Of a stretch of DNA of 64,000 bases, positions 51,422 through 60,566 are shown one piece after another. Numbering within the stretch: position 1 is the stretch's first letter; each line of letters starts with the position of its first letter. Below the pieces are notes generated by a model that worked only from the letters and a program-made list of their open reading frames with translations, had not been told where the DNA came from and ran no database searches. The DNA is from Candidatus Borrarchaeum weybense (lineage in GTDB: Archaea > Asgardarchaeota > Sifarchaeia > Borrarchaeales > Borrarchaeaceae). The stretch lies in contig JAHQJS010000005.1 of assembly GCA_019057385.1 (NCBI GenBank), positions 224,799 to 288,798 of the forward strand, written 5' to 3'. The translations under genes and the position numbers were made by a program.

Positions 51422-51548
51422 TGGCGCCGGGGGAGGGATTTGAACCCTCGAGCTCCAATGGAGCACAGGCTCTCAGATCTGGTTTCCAGGCATGAGCTGC
51501 AATGAATGACGCTTGCATCTGCTCCCTACCAGGCTAAGATACCCCGGC
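51422..51548 (-). tRNA. tRNA-Ser (anticodon most likely GGA) with two introns (29/30: 51492-51518; anticodon loop 12 nt: about 51472-51483)
   Basis: GCCGGGG acceptor, long variable arm, G73, CCA; first insert has a clean GAGC/GCTC central helix; the register of the 12-nt insert is ambiguous (UGA is the alternative). Confidence 0.8.
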
Positions 51549-51656
51549 ATATTCAGCATTGGATACCCAAAATCGATTGGTTTCTAGAAGGCACCTTTGT
51601 TTAAATATTTATAGGCTAGGTGCTAAAGCCCCCTGTACGAATTAAAAATTATATAA

Positions 51657-52256
51657 CTATATTAATGACTTATATACATGATATCCTGCCTTTTTTCCAA
51701 TTTCTAAGACCGTATTAAACACGTTATTCAATTTTTCATATACTCTATTGTGTCCCCTTCTTATGACTAATTGAAGAGAGCCTTGTGATGTAAGATGAAG
51801 AGGAGCCTCTTCAATAATTTGGAAGACAGTTTTCATGCCGCTTGAAACTGGAGGATTTGTCACAATAATATCGAATGTTTCCTTATCTCCTTGAATAGGC
51901 TCATAAAGGTCGCCCCATCTTGCCTCTGCATTTTTAATGTAATTTTTTTTAAGATTACTCTTCGTAAGATTGATGGCTCGTCTATTAATGTCTGTCAGAA
52001 CAACTTTACTATTAGGAGATATTATTGATGCTGCTACGATACCAATTACTCCTATTCCACAACCAAGATCCAAAACCCTGTCCGAGTTGGTCAAATCCAT
52101 TTTCTCGATAAGCAATTGCGTGCCTTTATCGATTTTGGATTGTGAAAAAACGTCTGGAGCAGAAACGAACTCAAACAATTTACCTCGTAGATACACAGAA
52201 ATTGTTTTCGTTTTTAACGAGGATGTGGGCATTTTAGACGAATATGGCTTTGGCAT
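51657..52256 (-). CDS. RsmC-like class I SAM-dependent methyltransferase
   Basis: VFS...ID.GT.LL, LDLGCG.G.IG, D.N.RA, TNPP. Confidence 0.88.
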   Translation of the reverse strand: MPKPYSSKMPTSSLKTKTISVYLRGKLFEFVSAPDVFSQSKIDKGTQLLIEKMDLTNSDRVLDLGCGIGVIGIVAASIISPNSKVVLTDINRRAINLTKSNLKKNYIKNAEARWGDLYEPIQGDKETFDIIVTNPPVSSGMKTVFQIIEEAPLHLTSQGSLQLVIRRGHNRVYEKLNNVFNTVLEIGKKAGYHVYKSLI

Positions 52257-52280
52257 TTTTCTCAGGGACCTTATCTTTTA

Positions 52281-53317
52281 CTATTGTTTAAAGGATTTCC
52301 ACTCTGGATACGTTGAGCGTGGCATTATGACTTTCTTTGTATTAGCAACTATGCCATGATCTATTTCAAGAATCTCTTTACTTAACATAGTAGCCTCAGC
52401 AATACCAATTGCTTCGCCTTTCTGAGTAAATATGGCTACAGTACCACCTGGTTTGATATTATCGCTTAACTTTAATACACCAGGCGCCGTTAATTTTGCC
52501 CCATGGCATATTGCATCGACTGCAGAGTCTCGAATCACCAGCTTTGGAAGATGAACTAAGCCTTCTTCCACAGGTTGTATTACCTTACGCAGATACTGTT
52601 CCTTTCCATCCTCTTTCCAATAGTGATATGCATCGTTTACTTCAAGAAGTGTAACAAGAGTGTCATCCTCCTTGAATGGACCTGCACGCGTTCTCCTTAG
52701 TTCTAACATATGAGCCCCCGTGCCCAACACTTCGCCAATATCATGTACCAGCTTCCTCATATAGAATCCCGCTTCGCAACCGACTCGAATGAGCACGTCT
52801 TTTCCTAAAATTTCTAATACATTTGTATAATATACTCTACGGATTCTTAAGCGTCTTTTTACAGAAGATCTTAGTGGAGGACGCTGATAAAGTGGGCCTG
52901 TAAACTCTTGACATATTGTCTCTATTTTTTCGTGATCTACTTCTTTGTGAAGACGCATTATGCAGATGTATTCTTTCCCAGCAGGAAGCCAACTTTGTAC
53001 AACCTTTGTTGCACGTTCTAAAGCAACTGGAAGAATTCCTGTTACGCCGGGATTACTCTATTCTGAAGATTAACTCACCTTCAGAACTCTAGAGTCCCTC
53101 CATGTCCTGCTTTCTTTAATTCCAGAATTCTTTTGATCCATGCTACAACTTCATGACTTGTTGGTCCAGCAGGTTTATCTAAATTGATTATTCCAAAGGC
53201 TAAATGCTTTTCAATAGGACGTTCAGCAGGCTTATAACCCCATTCAGGATTTGTCGCCTCCTGTGCTTTAGTGATTAATTCTCCCCGCACGTCACTAGGT
53301 AGGCGGCCTCTTTCCAT
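52281..53317 (-). CDS. cbf5: H/ACA RNA-guided pseudouridine synthase Cbf5, two exons (53317-53089, 53053-52281), 333 aa spliced
   Basis: LDKP.GPTSHEV, GHGGTL-D-PGVTG restored by splicing, YQRPP.RSSVKR, PUA domain. Confidence 0.95.
53054..53088 (-). other. 35-nt BHB intron in cbf5 mRNA
   Basis: GGGA-CUCU-AG^A-GUUCUGAAG...CUUCAGAAU-AGAG-UA^A-UCCC; splits the catalytic Asp codon. Confidence 0.93.
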
Positions 53318-53388
53318 TTTTTCACCTTCTCATTTTTGGAAATCCCAAAAAGTTATTTATATTACAATAAAATAAGTAAAATTAAAAA

Positions 53389-53673
53389 TTAGGGCAGAAC
53401 GATTTTAACCCGTTCTTTTAATGCATCAGTCATCCCCGCAGCCTCAATTGCTTTAAGAACTGCTTCATCATCTGATCCTCGTCCGATTTCAATTTTTTCC
53501 GTTGTTGGTTCGATGTGTCGTATTGATGCACGTCGTCTTTTTACACCGTTTAATTCTTTAGGACCAGTTATTTCCACAGTTTTTGGGTCAACAATATCTA
53601 GGATCACACATTTTCTTCCGACTTCTCTCCCAGCCGTTTTTACGCAAATTCGTCCAATTTCTATCGCAGGCAT
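53389..53673 (-). CDS. rpl14e: 50S ribosomal protein L14e
   Basis: IEIGRICVKTAGRE.G.KCVI, GP...GVKRRR...HIEPT. Confidence 0.96.
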   Translation of the reverse strand: MPAIEIGRICVKTAGREVGRKCVILDIVDPKTVEITGPKELNGVKRRRASIRHIEPTTEKIEIGRGSDDEAVLKAIEAAGMTDALKERVKIVLP

Positions 53674-53674
53674 T

Positions 53675-54241
53675 TCATTTTTCACCTCCTATGAATTCTT
53701 GTATTGCTGTTTTTAAGATATTTGTTATTGAATCAATTGACCATTTGTCAGTATTAAGGATGATATCAAAGATGCTCAGGTCTTGAACGTCAATATTATA
53801 AATTTTTTTGTACCTCTTTCTTTCGCTTGTTTCACGCTTTGTCGTTTCGCCTAAAGCGTATTCATAAGGATCTCCGTCTCTTTGAGCAATTCTTTCGACA
53901 CGTACTTCTAATGGTGCGGTCACAAAGATGTTAAGATCAACAAAATCTTTACACATCCAGGCAGTCAAATGTCCATCTAACACTACATTTCCTTTTTTTG
54001 CTGCATCTATACTTCTTTCATCAATTTCTTTATCAATATGAATATTCTTCTCTGCAAATGTGCTAAAAGTGCTTAAATCCATTTCTCTTTGTTGAGCCAT
54101 TTGCCTAAAGATTTTTCCCGCAGAGATATGTTCTAATTCAAAGGCTTCCGCAATGTGTTTAGCAAAAGTGGATTTTCCAGCACCAGCTGTTCCAGAAATC
54201 GCTATTGTAAGACCCTTATTTTGGGGCAAACTATTCACCAA
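53675..54241 (-). CDS. cmk: cytidylate kinase
   Basis: ISG.AGAGKST, SAG.IFRQMA, ID..ID, RIAQRD; conserved operon position. Confidence 0.93.
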   Translation of the reverse strand: MVNSLPQNKGLTIAISGTAGAGKSTFAKHIAEAFELEHISAGKIFRQMAQQREMDLSTFSTFAEKNIHIDKEIDERSIDAAKKGNVVLDGHLTAWMCKDFVDLNIFVTAPLEVRVERIAQRDGDPYEYALGETTKRETSERKRYKKIYNIDVQDLSIFDIILNTDKWSIDSITNILKTAIQEFIGGEK

Positions 54242-54275
54242 TATAAGAAAAAGAAATCAGTTTAAAAAAATGTTG

Positions 54276-54542
54276 CTAAATTCTTGCCGCCTGTTTTGTG
54301 AGTTCTTGCAGGCATTGAGGACAAAGATGCCCGCCATAAGGTCTTTCTGGACGGCGCTGCGTCTTTGGCAACTTTCTTATTTCTGCGGCGGAAAGGCGAG
54401 GAACACCTGATAACAATTTTCCGCAGTTTGCACACTTACTTTTTCTCACTTTTTTCTTCTTATAATGTGTAGTTGTTCGACCACCTGGCAATTTCATTTT
54501 TCGTTTTTTAATTAACCGAGTACGATAACGTGGTGCTGGCAT
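54276..54542 (-). CDS. rpl34e: 50S ribosomal protein L34e
   Basis: PGG, CA.CG..L.GVPR, RPERPYGG.LC..C. Confidence 0.96.
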   Translation of the reverse strand: MPAPRYRTRLIKKRKMKLPGGRTTTHYKKKKVRKSKCANCGKLLSGVPRLSAAEIRKLPKTQRRPERPYGGHLCPQCLQELTKQAARI

Positions 54543-54600
54543 CTTGTTTTTCACCTACTTTTAACTGTTTTTAGTTACTTTTAACTCATCTGTATTTACT

Positions 54601-55194
54601 TCAGCTCGTCTGGAAAGCAGAAAGACCTCCCATACCGATATTTATACCAAAGATCCTCTGGACTATTGCACCAAATGCAAAGCTCGTCATGGCGTACCAC
54701 CAAACGAAGAGTAGCGCGTATAGGTTCTCTGCTCCAACATTCGCTCCAAAGAACGCAATTGGGAAGCTGAACGGAAGTATTACCACGTATCTAGCCCCTT
54801 CACCCGCAATAAGTGGTAAGTAACCATTGAAGAATCCATTTATTATCCAGAAAAGCGCAAAGAACCCTGGCATGTAAATGAACATTGGTTTAAACCTTTC
54901 CATCATTACTCTGCTTTGAATCTTCTGTATATAATTTTCTTTACGTTTCACCTTTCGATAAAGTCGCTTGTTAGCGGTTTTTTGAGCCTCAGCCTTTGCC
55001 TTATTCCAAGTTGCGATTTCCTTCTGGTAGCGATTAAGCTTGTCCATGTCCATTACGAAGCGACTAACAAGGCTAATCACTACGGAGAGTAGAATGGACA
55101 ACGATAGAATAAATAGAGTGGACCCTGGACGCTGGCCTATACCAACGTTATATAACCACTGATAAAATGGAATTAAGATGTTCCACCATGCCAT
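54601..55194 (-). CDS. EMC3/TMCO1 (DUF106, Oxa1 superfamily) membrane insertase
   Basis: TM-coiled coil-TM layout, FKPM, LPF and WWY motifs; between adk and rpl34e. Confidence 0.85.
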   Translation of the reverse strand: MAWWNILIPFYQWLYNVGIGQRPGSTLFILSLSILLSVVISLVSRFVMDMDKLNRYQKEIATWNKAKAEAQKTANKRLYRKVKRKENYIQKIQSRVMMERFKPMFIYMPGFFALFWIINGFFNGYLPLIAGEGARYVVILPFSFPIAFFGANVGAENLYALLFVWWYAMTSFAFGAIVQRIFGINIGMGGLSAFQTS

Positions 55195-55197
55195 TTT

Positions 55198-55794
55198 TTA
55201 ATTCACACCCTTTAATACGACTGCTAATTCTTCTGCAGTCTCATCAACCATACCTTCCTTATTTTTTACGATTTTGACAGTGGCTCCTGTCAAAACTGAA
55301 ATTGCAGTCGCAGCTGCCCGACATAGGTTTTGATGAGTGTTGATTTCTATCGTAGAATCTTGATCACGAGTTCTAGTTTCATCCTTTGAACGTCTACTAA
55401 AGATAAATTCTGGTTCTGCTTCAACAAGTACAATTACATCTGGTTTAAGTGTAGTGATAACCCATTCGGGTAATCCTGCTAGATAACCTTCTGGAGTTGC
55501 GATCAACATATGAGTATCGACTATTAATAGCTTTCCCTGTGCTGCTTTTTTTGCTATGATCTCTGCTGCATTCTTTTGAATTTCCCGTTGTTTTTCAGGT
55601 GGGAGTAGACGCATTTGATCTCTGTTTTCCACAAATCCTGAATTTACTGCCGCGTCAAACATCACAGATCCGTAATTTACGATCTCTACGGTATACTCTT
55701 GTCTAGCAATATCCGCCGCTTTATTCAAGACTGTTGTTTTCCCAACTCCGGGAATTCCAGTAACGATGACAATGCGTTTACTAGCCACACTCAT
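55198..55794 (-). CDS. adkA: archaeal adenylate kinase
   Basis: VTGIPGVGKTT, NYG..M, RD.MR.L, DTH, GYL.GLP. Confidence 0.95.
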   Translation of the reverse strand: MSVASKRIVIVTGIPGVGKTTVLNKAADIARQEYTVEIVNYGSVMFDAAVNSGFVENRDQMRLLPPEKQREIQKNAAEIIAKKAAQGKLLIVDTHMLIATPEGYLAGLPEWVITTLKPDVIVLVEAEPEFIFSRRSKDETRTRDQDSTIEINTHQNLCRAAATAISVLTGATVKIVKNKEGMVDETAEELAVVLKGVN

Positions 55795-55813
55795 GAATTA
55801 TCGCTCCGTTAAA

Positions 55814-57262
55814 TCATCCAAATCCTAAGAAATCTCTGAGGGATGGATGTATATCTGCTAATCGCTCTTTAGCTATGATCTCATAATATTGTGATATTAT
55901 CATAGTAGCTAACAGAATCCCCATGCCTGTACCAAGTGCTCCAAGATAATCTGCAAAAGCGGCTATAAGCGCAATCGCCACACCACCCCATATAGAGGCG
56001 GGACCAATGTAACGCTTCAGTAATTTTTCAAGTATCTTTGGACTACTTCTAAATCCAGGAACCATCATTCCTGCATCTAAAAGTTGCCTTGCCACATCTT
56101 TTGGAGCCATTCCTCCAACTTCAATCCATGTTACTGAGAAAATGGTGCACGCAACAATTAATACTAATAGATAAACTACAGCCCTCAAGGGATCCGCTGT
56201 CACCACTTCAATGCCTCGTGGAGGCGTCAAATAGTAGACAAGACCTCCTACAGGTTTCAATCCTGCATCTGTCGACTCGAAAGTACCAATTAAATTGTAC
56301 CAGAAGTTAGAGTTGCTCTTATTGTAACGTGACCATAATAACTGCCCAATAAGGTAAACATTAGCGAAGAAAGCCGCTGCAAGAATCACAGGAATATTCG
56401 AAGCGTAAAAGAATTTGATAGGATATCTTCCTTTAAAACCACGATATTTGGCATACGTAAGTGGTACTTCTATGCGAATAGCCTGCATGTAAATAACGAT
56501 AACAAACACAACTGCTGTGGCAATGAATCCTGTCATGTCTGGAAGGCTGCCTGGACGATCAAATGCGGTCATGGCATCTCCTTCAGCAATATATTGTCCA
56601 AGAGCTATGAGCGCACCATGATATTTACCGTCATCTGAAATTACAAGTCCTAAAGAGTTCCATGCTACCTGTTCGGCTACACCAGCAGCAATAAAGAGAG
56701 AAATTCCTGAGCCAAGACCCCATCCTTTCTGCAATAATTCGTCCATTAGCATGAGGACTATACCGGCAGCTATAAGCTGAATGAATATAAGAATTGTGAT
56801 ATCGATGGATAAGGTTCCAAACGCACCTCCGATAAGATATGCTAACGCCTGAAACACTGTCATTATTACACTTAACACTTTTTGAGCAGCAGTAAATAGA
56901 GAACGGTCTTCTGGATCCGAGAAGTCTACGTCAATGATCTGACTGCCAGATAATAACTGCATAACCAGCCCTGCAGTTACTATTGGGCCGATCCCCAACT
57001 CCATGAGTGTTCCTCTAGAACTCGCAAGAATGGTTCGCATCCAGAATTCCGCGAGCTATCTAAGTGATAGTTCTCTAAACGGGTCTGGACCGATATTCTT
57101 TGGAAGTCCATATAGAGGAATTTGTGCCATAACTAAATATAAGAGAAGACAAAGTACCGTATAAACTGCCTTTTCTTTGAAAGACACATCTCGATCTGGT
57201 TTCCCGACCTCTGGTATAACTCTCGATAATGGAGAGAAAATGCGTAAAAATGTACCTGTCAA
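55814..57262 (-). CDS. secY: preprotein translocase subunit SecY/Sec61alpha, two exons (57262-57077, 57046-55814), 472 aa spliced
   Basis: IPEV.KP.R.VSFKEK, IPLYG; splicing gives [53 protein letters not shown]. Confidence 0.93.
57047..57076 (-). other. 30-nt relaxed-BHB intron in secY mRNA containing an in-frame UAG
   Basis: CCAGA-C-CCGU-UU^A-GAG-AA-CUAUC-acuua-GAUAG-CUC-GCGG-AA^U-UCUGG. Confidence 0.82.
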
Positions 57263-57296
57263 CGATTTTCACCTAATATTTAACGATTGTTTTGCC

Positions 57297-57746
57297 TTAG
57301 TCTTTTGCAATAGGGACGATCTTACCCCCTACTGCCTCTATTTTTTCTATTGCTTTTTCTGAAAAACTATAAGCCTTTACATTCATTATTCTAGTGATTT
57401 TGCCCCCACCCAGAATCTTGTTATATCCGAACAGTGTCACATCAATTTCTACCGATTGATCACTAAACTGAACACCTTCCGTATCTTCTGGAAGAGTCTC
57501 AATTAATTCTTCTAATTTACTAATATTGATGGATTTGTCAGGCTTTCTCAATTTAACCGGTCTCTTGAAACCAAAAGAACCTATTGTTGCTCTTTCAGCT
57601 TCAGTTAAACCTGACTTAAGATGTTTATTTTTACCTGCCCAGCCCTTGCCGCCGCGCATTCCTGCTTTTCTATGCTGACCAACCCTTCCAAATCCATGGA
57701 CGCGTGATCCTCGGTATTTTCTTGTTTTTCGCCTTTTTCGAATCAA
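57297..57746 (-). CDS. rpl15: 50S ribosomal protein L15 (uL15)
   Basis: RKYRGSR.HG.G...HRKAG.RGG.G.AG, KILGGG, KIEA.GG. Confidence 0.95.
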   Translation of the reverse strand: MIRKRRKTRKYRGSRVHGFGRVGQHRKAGMRGGKGWAGKNKHLKSGLTEAERATIGSFGFKRPVKLRKPDKSINISKLEELIETLPEDTEGVQFSDQSVEIDVTLFGYNKILGGGKITRIMNVKAYSFSEKAIEKIEAVGGKIVPIAKD

Positions 57747-57767
57747 TTTTAGTTCTTCCTATTAGAA

Positions 57768-58247
57768 TTATATCATCTTCTGGATCAGCTCGATGATCGC
57801 CAACCCTCTATATCCAAGATCTCCTCCTTCTGTGAAGGACGCTTTAATGCCCTTAAGTCCTTTTCTCGGAGGGTGTAAACGAAACACTTTTTTTAATGAA
57901 GGTAAATCCGAAAATTCGGCTTTAAAACCACAAACAGACTGTGCAAATTCAGAAACAGATGAAAAAGACGTTTTTCTTTTAATAAGGTCATCTGTGATCT
58001 TCTTTTTGGTTTCAGCCATTTCGCCTCTCTTTGTTAACAGAAGTTCAACTGTGTCTGAATCTATTTCGCCCCATGTTACCCAGTCTTTAATTTTTTGCAA
58101 CATACCTTGATATGAAGAGCGGTCATCGATGATAACGCAGTTAAACCTACGAAACAGTTTAAGCATTTGTAGTGTGTCCTCTGTGGTTTTTCTTACATTT
58201 ACCCTGCCTCTCATCCGGATAACTGCTAATCGTTTTCTTTCTTCCAC
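57768..58247 (-). CDS. rpl30: 50S ribosomal protein L30 (uL30)
   Basis: AVIR.RG, GML.K.KD.VTWGE, FRLHPPRKG, GG.LGYRG. Confidence 0.96.
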   Translation of the reverse strand: MEERKRLAVIRMRGRVNVRKTTEDTLQMLKLFRRFNCVIIDDRSSYQGMLQKIKDWVTWGEIDSDTVELLLTKRGEMAETKKKITDDLIKRKTSFSSVSEFAQSVCGFKAEFSDLPSLKKVFRLHPPRKGLKGIKASFTEGGDLGYRGLAIIELIQKMI

Positions 58248-58258
58248 TTACATCAGCC

Positions 58259-58915
58259 TCAAGCCCAATCTTGTGGAGTCATAATCTTGTTGGTTTCTCG
58301 TAAAGCATCATAAACTGCATATGCATAATTGACTGTCGTGCGAGTATTACCTCGTGCTTTGCACCAAACATCTTCTATGCCTCCCAATCGCAACATAGTT
58401 TTTCCAACTTCACCAATTGCCAATCCTGTACCTTTGGGTGCTGGAAACAAATTAACTTGAACACTTCCAGCCTTTCCCATTACTTTAAAGGGAATAGTAT
58501 GACCTAATCCACATGCACATTCCCAACTCCCACATGAACGCCTTATTGGGATGATATTAAGTTTTGCTACAAGGATAGCCTTTCGTATGGCAGGACCAAT
58601 TTCTTTAGCTTTCGCAGTGCCTATTCCAACATATCCATCTTTATTGCCAACAACAACTGTTGCTTTGAATCGACTTTTTTCACCAGCATCTGTTTGTTTT
58701 TGAACGAGATTAATATCAAGAACTTCCTCTTGTAGATTAGGAAGTAGAGTATCGATTATTTGAGACTCTTTGATGGGTAAACTCAGTTTAAATAACTCAT
58801 CAACTGATGTTATTCTTCCTTCCTGCACCCATCGCCCTACTCGTGTTCTAGGTATCCAGCCTTCGGTAGGATCTTTTTCCTGTCTTCTAGGTTTTCTACG
58901 TCTACGTCTGGACAT
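58259..58915 (-). CDS. rps5: 30S ribosomal protein S5
   Basis: W.PRT..G, VQKQTDAG...RF, GSWEC, PAPKGTGL. Confidence 0.97.
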   Translation of the reverse strand: MSRRRRRKPRRQEKDPTEGWIPRTRVGRWVQEGRITSVDELFKLSLPIKESQIIDTLLPNLQEEVLDINLVQKQTDAGEKSRFKATVVVGNKDGYVGIGTAKAKEIGPAIRKAILVAKLNIIPIRRSCGSWECACGLGHTIPFKVMGKAGSVQVNLFPAPKGTGLAIGEVGKTMLRLGGIEDVWCKARGNTRTTVNYAYAVYDALRETNKIMTPQDWA

Positions 58916-58917
58916 AT

Positions 58918-59535
58918 CTAATTAGCCTCCTTGTCAAAAGAATTTACTATTTTATTCTTAATTTCATCAAAATGTTCTGGAAGATTTTGGGGTTGTAATC
59001 CTCTTTTTGCTACTAATGTGAAAACCTGAGTCTGTTTTTTGTCTTCATCTTCCTCAGCCTCCGATAGTAGCTTTGCGTAGTTTGCTATGTCTTCTCCTCG
59101 TATACGCGATTCATCTGGTAAGACATCTTCACTATGTGGTATTGAAAGTCCAGCGTCTAATGCACCTTTCAGTGCTGCAAAGATTTTAGCACCTTTAATT
59201 GGGGCAACAATCCCAATATCTAAAACAGCATTTTCTAATCCCGCTTTTGTTGCGCGAAAACCTGCCAGTAATCCTGTAAGATATGTTGCAGGTATATTTC
59301 CACAATTACCTTTCCAGTCAAATTTTTCCTGCAATTCTTTAGAATGAGCGGAAACAATAACATGATCCCCATCCAGATGGGGCTTAAGAATTTGAACTGT
59401 AATATAACGATTAGACCTTCTAATTACGAAACGAAGCCGATTAGAAAGTAATAATTTTCTTCGAAGAAGATAATTTGTTTTTCCTTCTCTTCGTCTTCTG
59501 AAAACGACTCTGTATCTAGGGCCATGCCCTCTCAT
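58918..59535 (-). CDS. rpl18: 50S ribosomal protein L18 (uL18)
   Basis: GPRYRV.FRRRREGKTNY, N.PA.YLTG, LKGALDAGL.IPH. Confidence 0.97.
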   Translation of the reverse strand: MRGHGPRYRVVFRRRREGKTNYLLRRKLLLSNRLRFVIRRSNRYITVQILKPHLDGDHVIVSAHSKELQEKFDWKGNCGNIPATYLTGLLAGFRATKAGLENAVLDIGIVAPIKGAKIFAALKGALDAGLSIPHSEDVLPDESRIRGEDIANYAKLLSEAEEDEDKKQTQVFTLVAKRGLQPQNLPEHFDEIKNKIVNSFDKEAN

Positions 59536-59540
59536 TTAAT

Positions 59541-59990
59541 TCACCGCCGATATAAATCATGATCTTCTATCCATGTGTCCAGATGTGCTTTGCTGCGAAA
59601 ACTGTTGCCTTTTGCTTTTCGATACAACAAGCGATACGTTGAAGATGTGATCATCCTCCGAGCACGCAGCTTTTTGAGATGTCGCCTGATTGGTCGAATC
59701 TTTTGGATCCATTTACGTTTTCTAGGCAATCTTGCAGTTTTTCTACCCGCACGACTTCCGTACCCACGTTTGCGACCGAGTTTCTTTTGTTTATGCTTCT
59801 TTTTAGCTCGACCATGACTTATACCTGTCTCTGGCTTCTTTTTAATAAAGCCATCGTGAATCAATCTTCTTATATCTTCACGACGGATTGCCATTGAAAC
59901 TTCTTCAAGGCGTGTGGGGTTGATCCAGACTCTTGAAATACCTACTTTAAGTATGTCCGCTGCAAGTTCTTTTTGATTTTTCAGATCCAT
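59541..59990 (-). CDS. rpl19e: 50S ribosomal protein L19e
   Basis: QK.LAA.ILKVG..RVW, REDIR.LI, G.GSR.G...AR, YRKAKG. Confidence 0.97.
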   Translation of the reverse strand: MDLKNQKELAADILKVGISRVWINPTRLEEVSMAIRREDIRRLIHDGFIKKKPETGISHGRAKKKHKQKKLGRKRGYGSRAGRKTARLPRKRKWIQKIRPIRRHLKKLRARRMITSSTYRLLYRKAKGNSFRSKAHLDTWIEDHDLYRR

Positions 59991-60098
59991 TTTCAGCACA
60001 TCCGTGAACTAGGTTTTTCACGGTTCATAATTTGGAAATATTGTAAGTACTACAGATAACCTCTTCAATTCTGATCTTGAGGAATAGTGTTTCTAATT

Positions 60099-60566
60099 CT
60101 AGATTTCTTCCTCAAAATCTTCTAATTCGAAATCTTCTAATTCTATATCTTCGAATCTTTCCGTTTCTGAAAGTTCAGCAAGTTCTAAAGGTACTTGTGG
60201 GTTTATTATAGTTATACCTAGGGTTTCTGCGTTATCTATAATTTGTGATCTTTTTCTTGCACCAACTGTATGGGCTATTCTTACAATTTCCTCATCAGGA
60301 TTAATCATACCTACTTCCTTTAGATTGTGAACAAGAACTTCCCTGTATCCTAAAGGATGAAGATTTCGAGTTTCTCTTGGTCCTTTGTAACCTACATTCA
60401 CAGATTTTGGAAGTCCTTTCTTTTTTTGACGCATTCTTGAGTCAATTCCACTTGGTCTCCTCCAAGATTTCTTAACTCGTTTATAGCGCCAACTTTCCTG
60501 CCTTCGGAACTTAGGTTTTTTTAATTTCTTCTTTTTACGTTCCCGAAGGAGTTTTCCTTCAATCAT
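60099..60566 (-). CDS. rpl32e: 50S ribosomal protein L32e with acidic C-terminal tail
   Basis: KP.FRRQESWRY.R....WR.P.GIDS, HP.GY.E.LV.N, VGARKR; ATG after GGAGG. Confidence 0.95.
   Translation of the reverse strand: MIEGKLLRERKKKKLKKPKFRRQESWRYKRVKKSWRRPSGIDSRMRQKKKGLPKSVNVGYKGPRETRNLHPLGYREVLVHNLKEVGMINPDEEIVRIAHTVGARKRSQIIDNAETLGITIINPQVPLELAELSETERFEDIELEDFELEDFEEEI

Noticed and set aside
57056-57058. Pyrrolysine or readthrough of the secY UAG, or a naturally split SecY
   Set aside because: Readthrough would insert 10 residues into the conserved DPFxWMR motif, and the downstream ATG has no SD; exact BHB excision explains the sequence better.
60060-60130. Possible third mRNA intron at the rpl32e stop
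   Set aside because: A stem is possible but there is no 4-bp helix flanked by two 3-nt bulges, and L32e is already complete.
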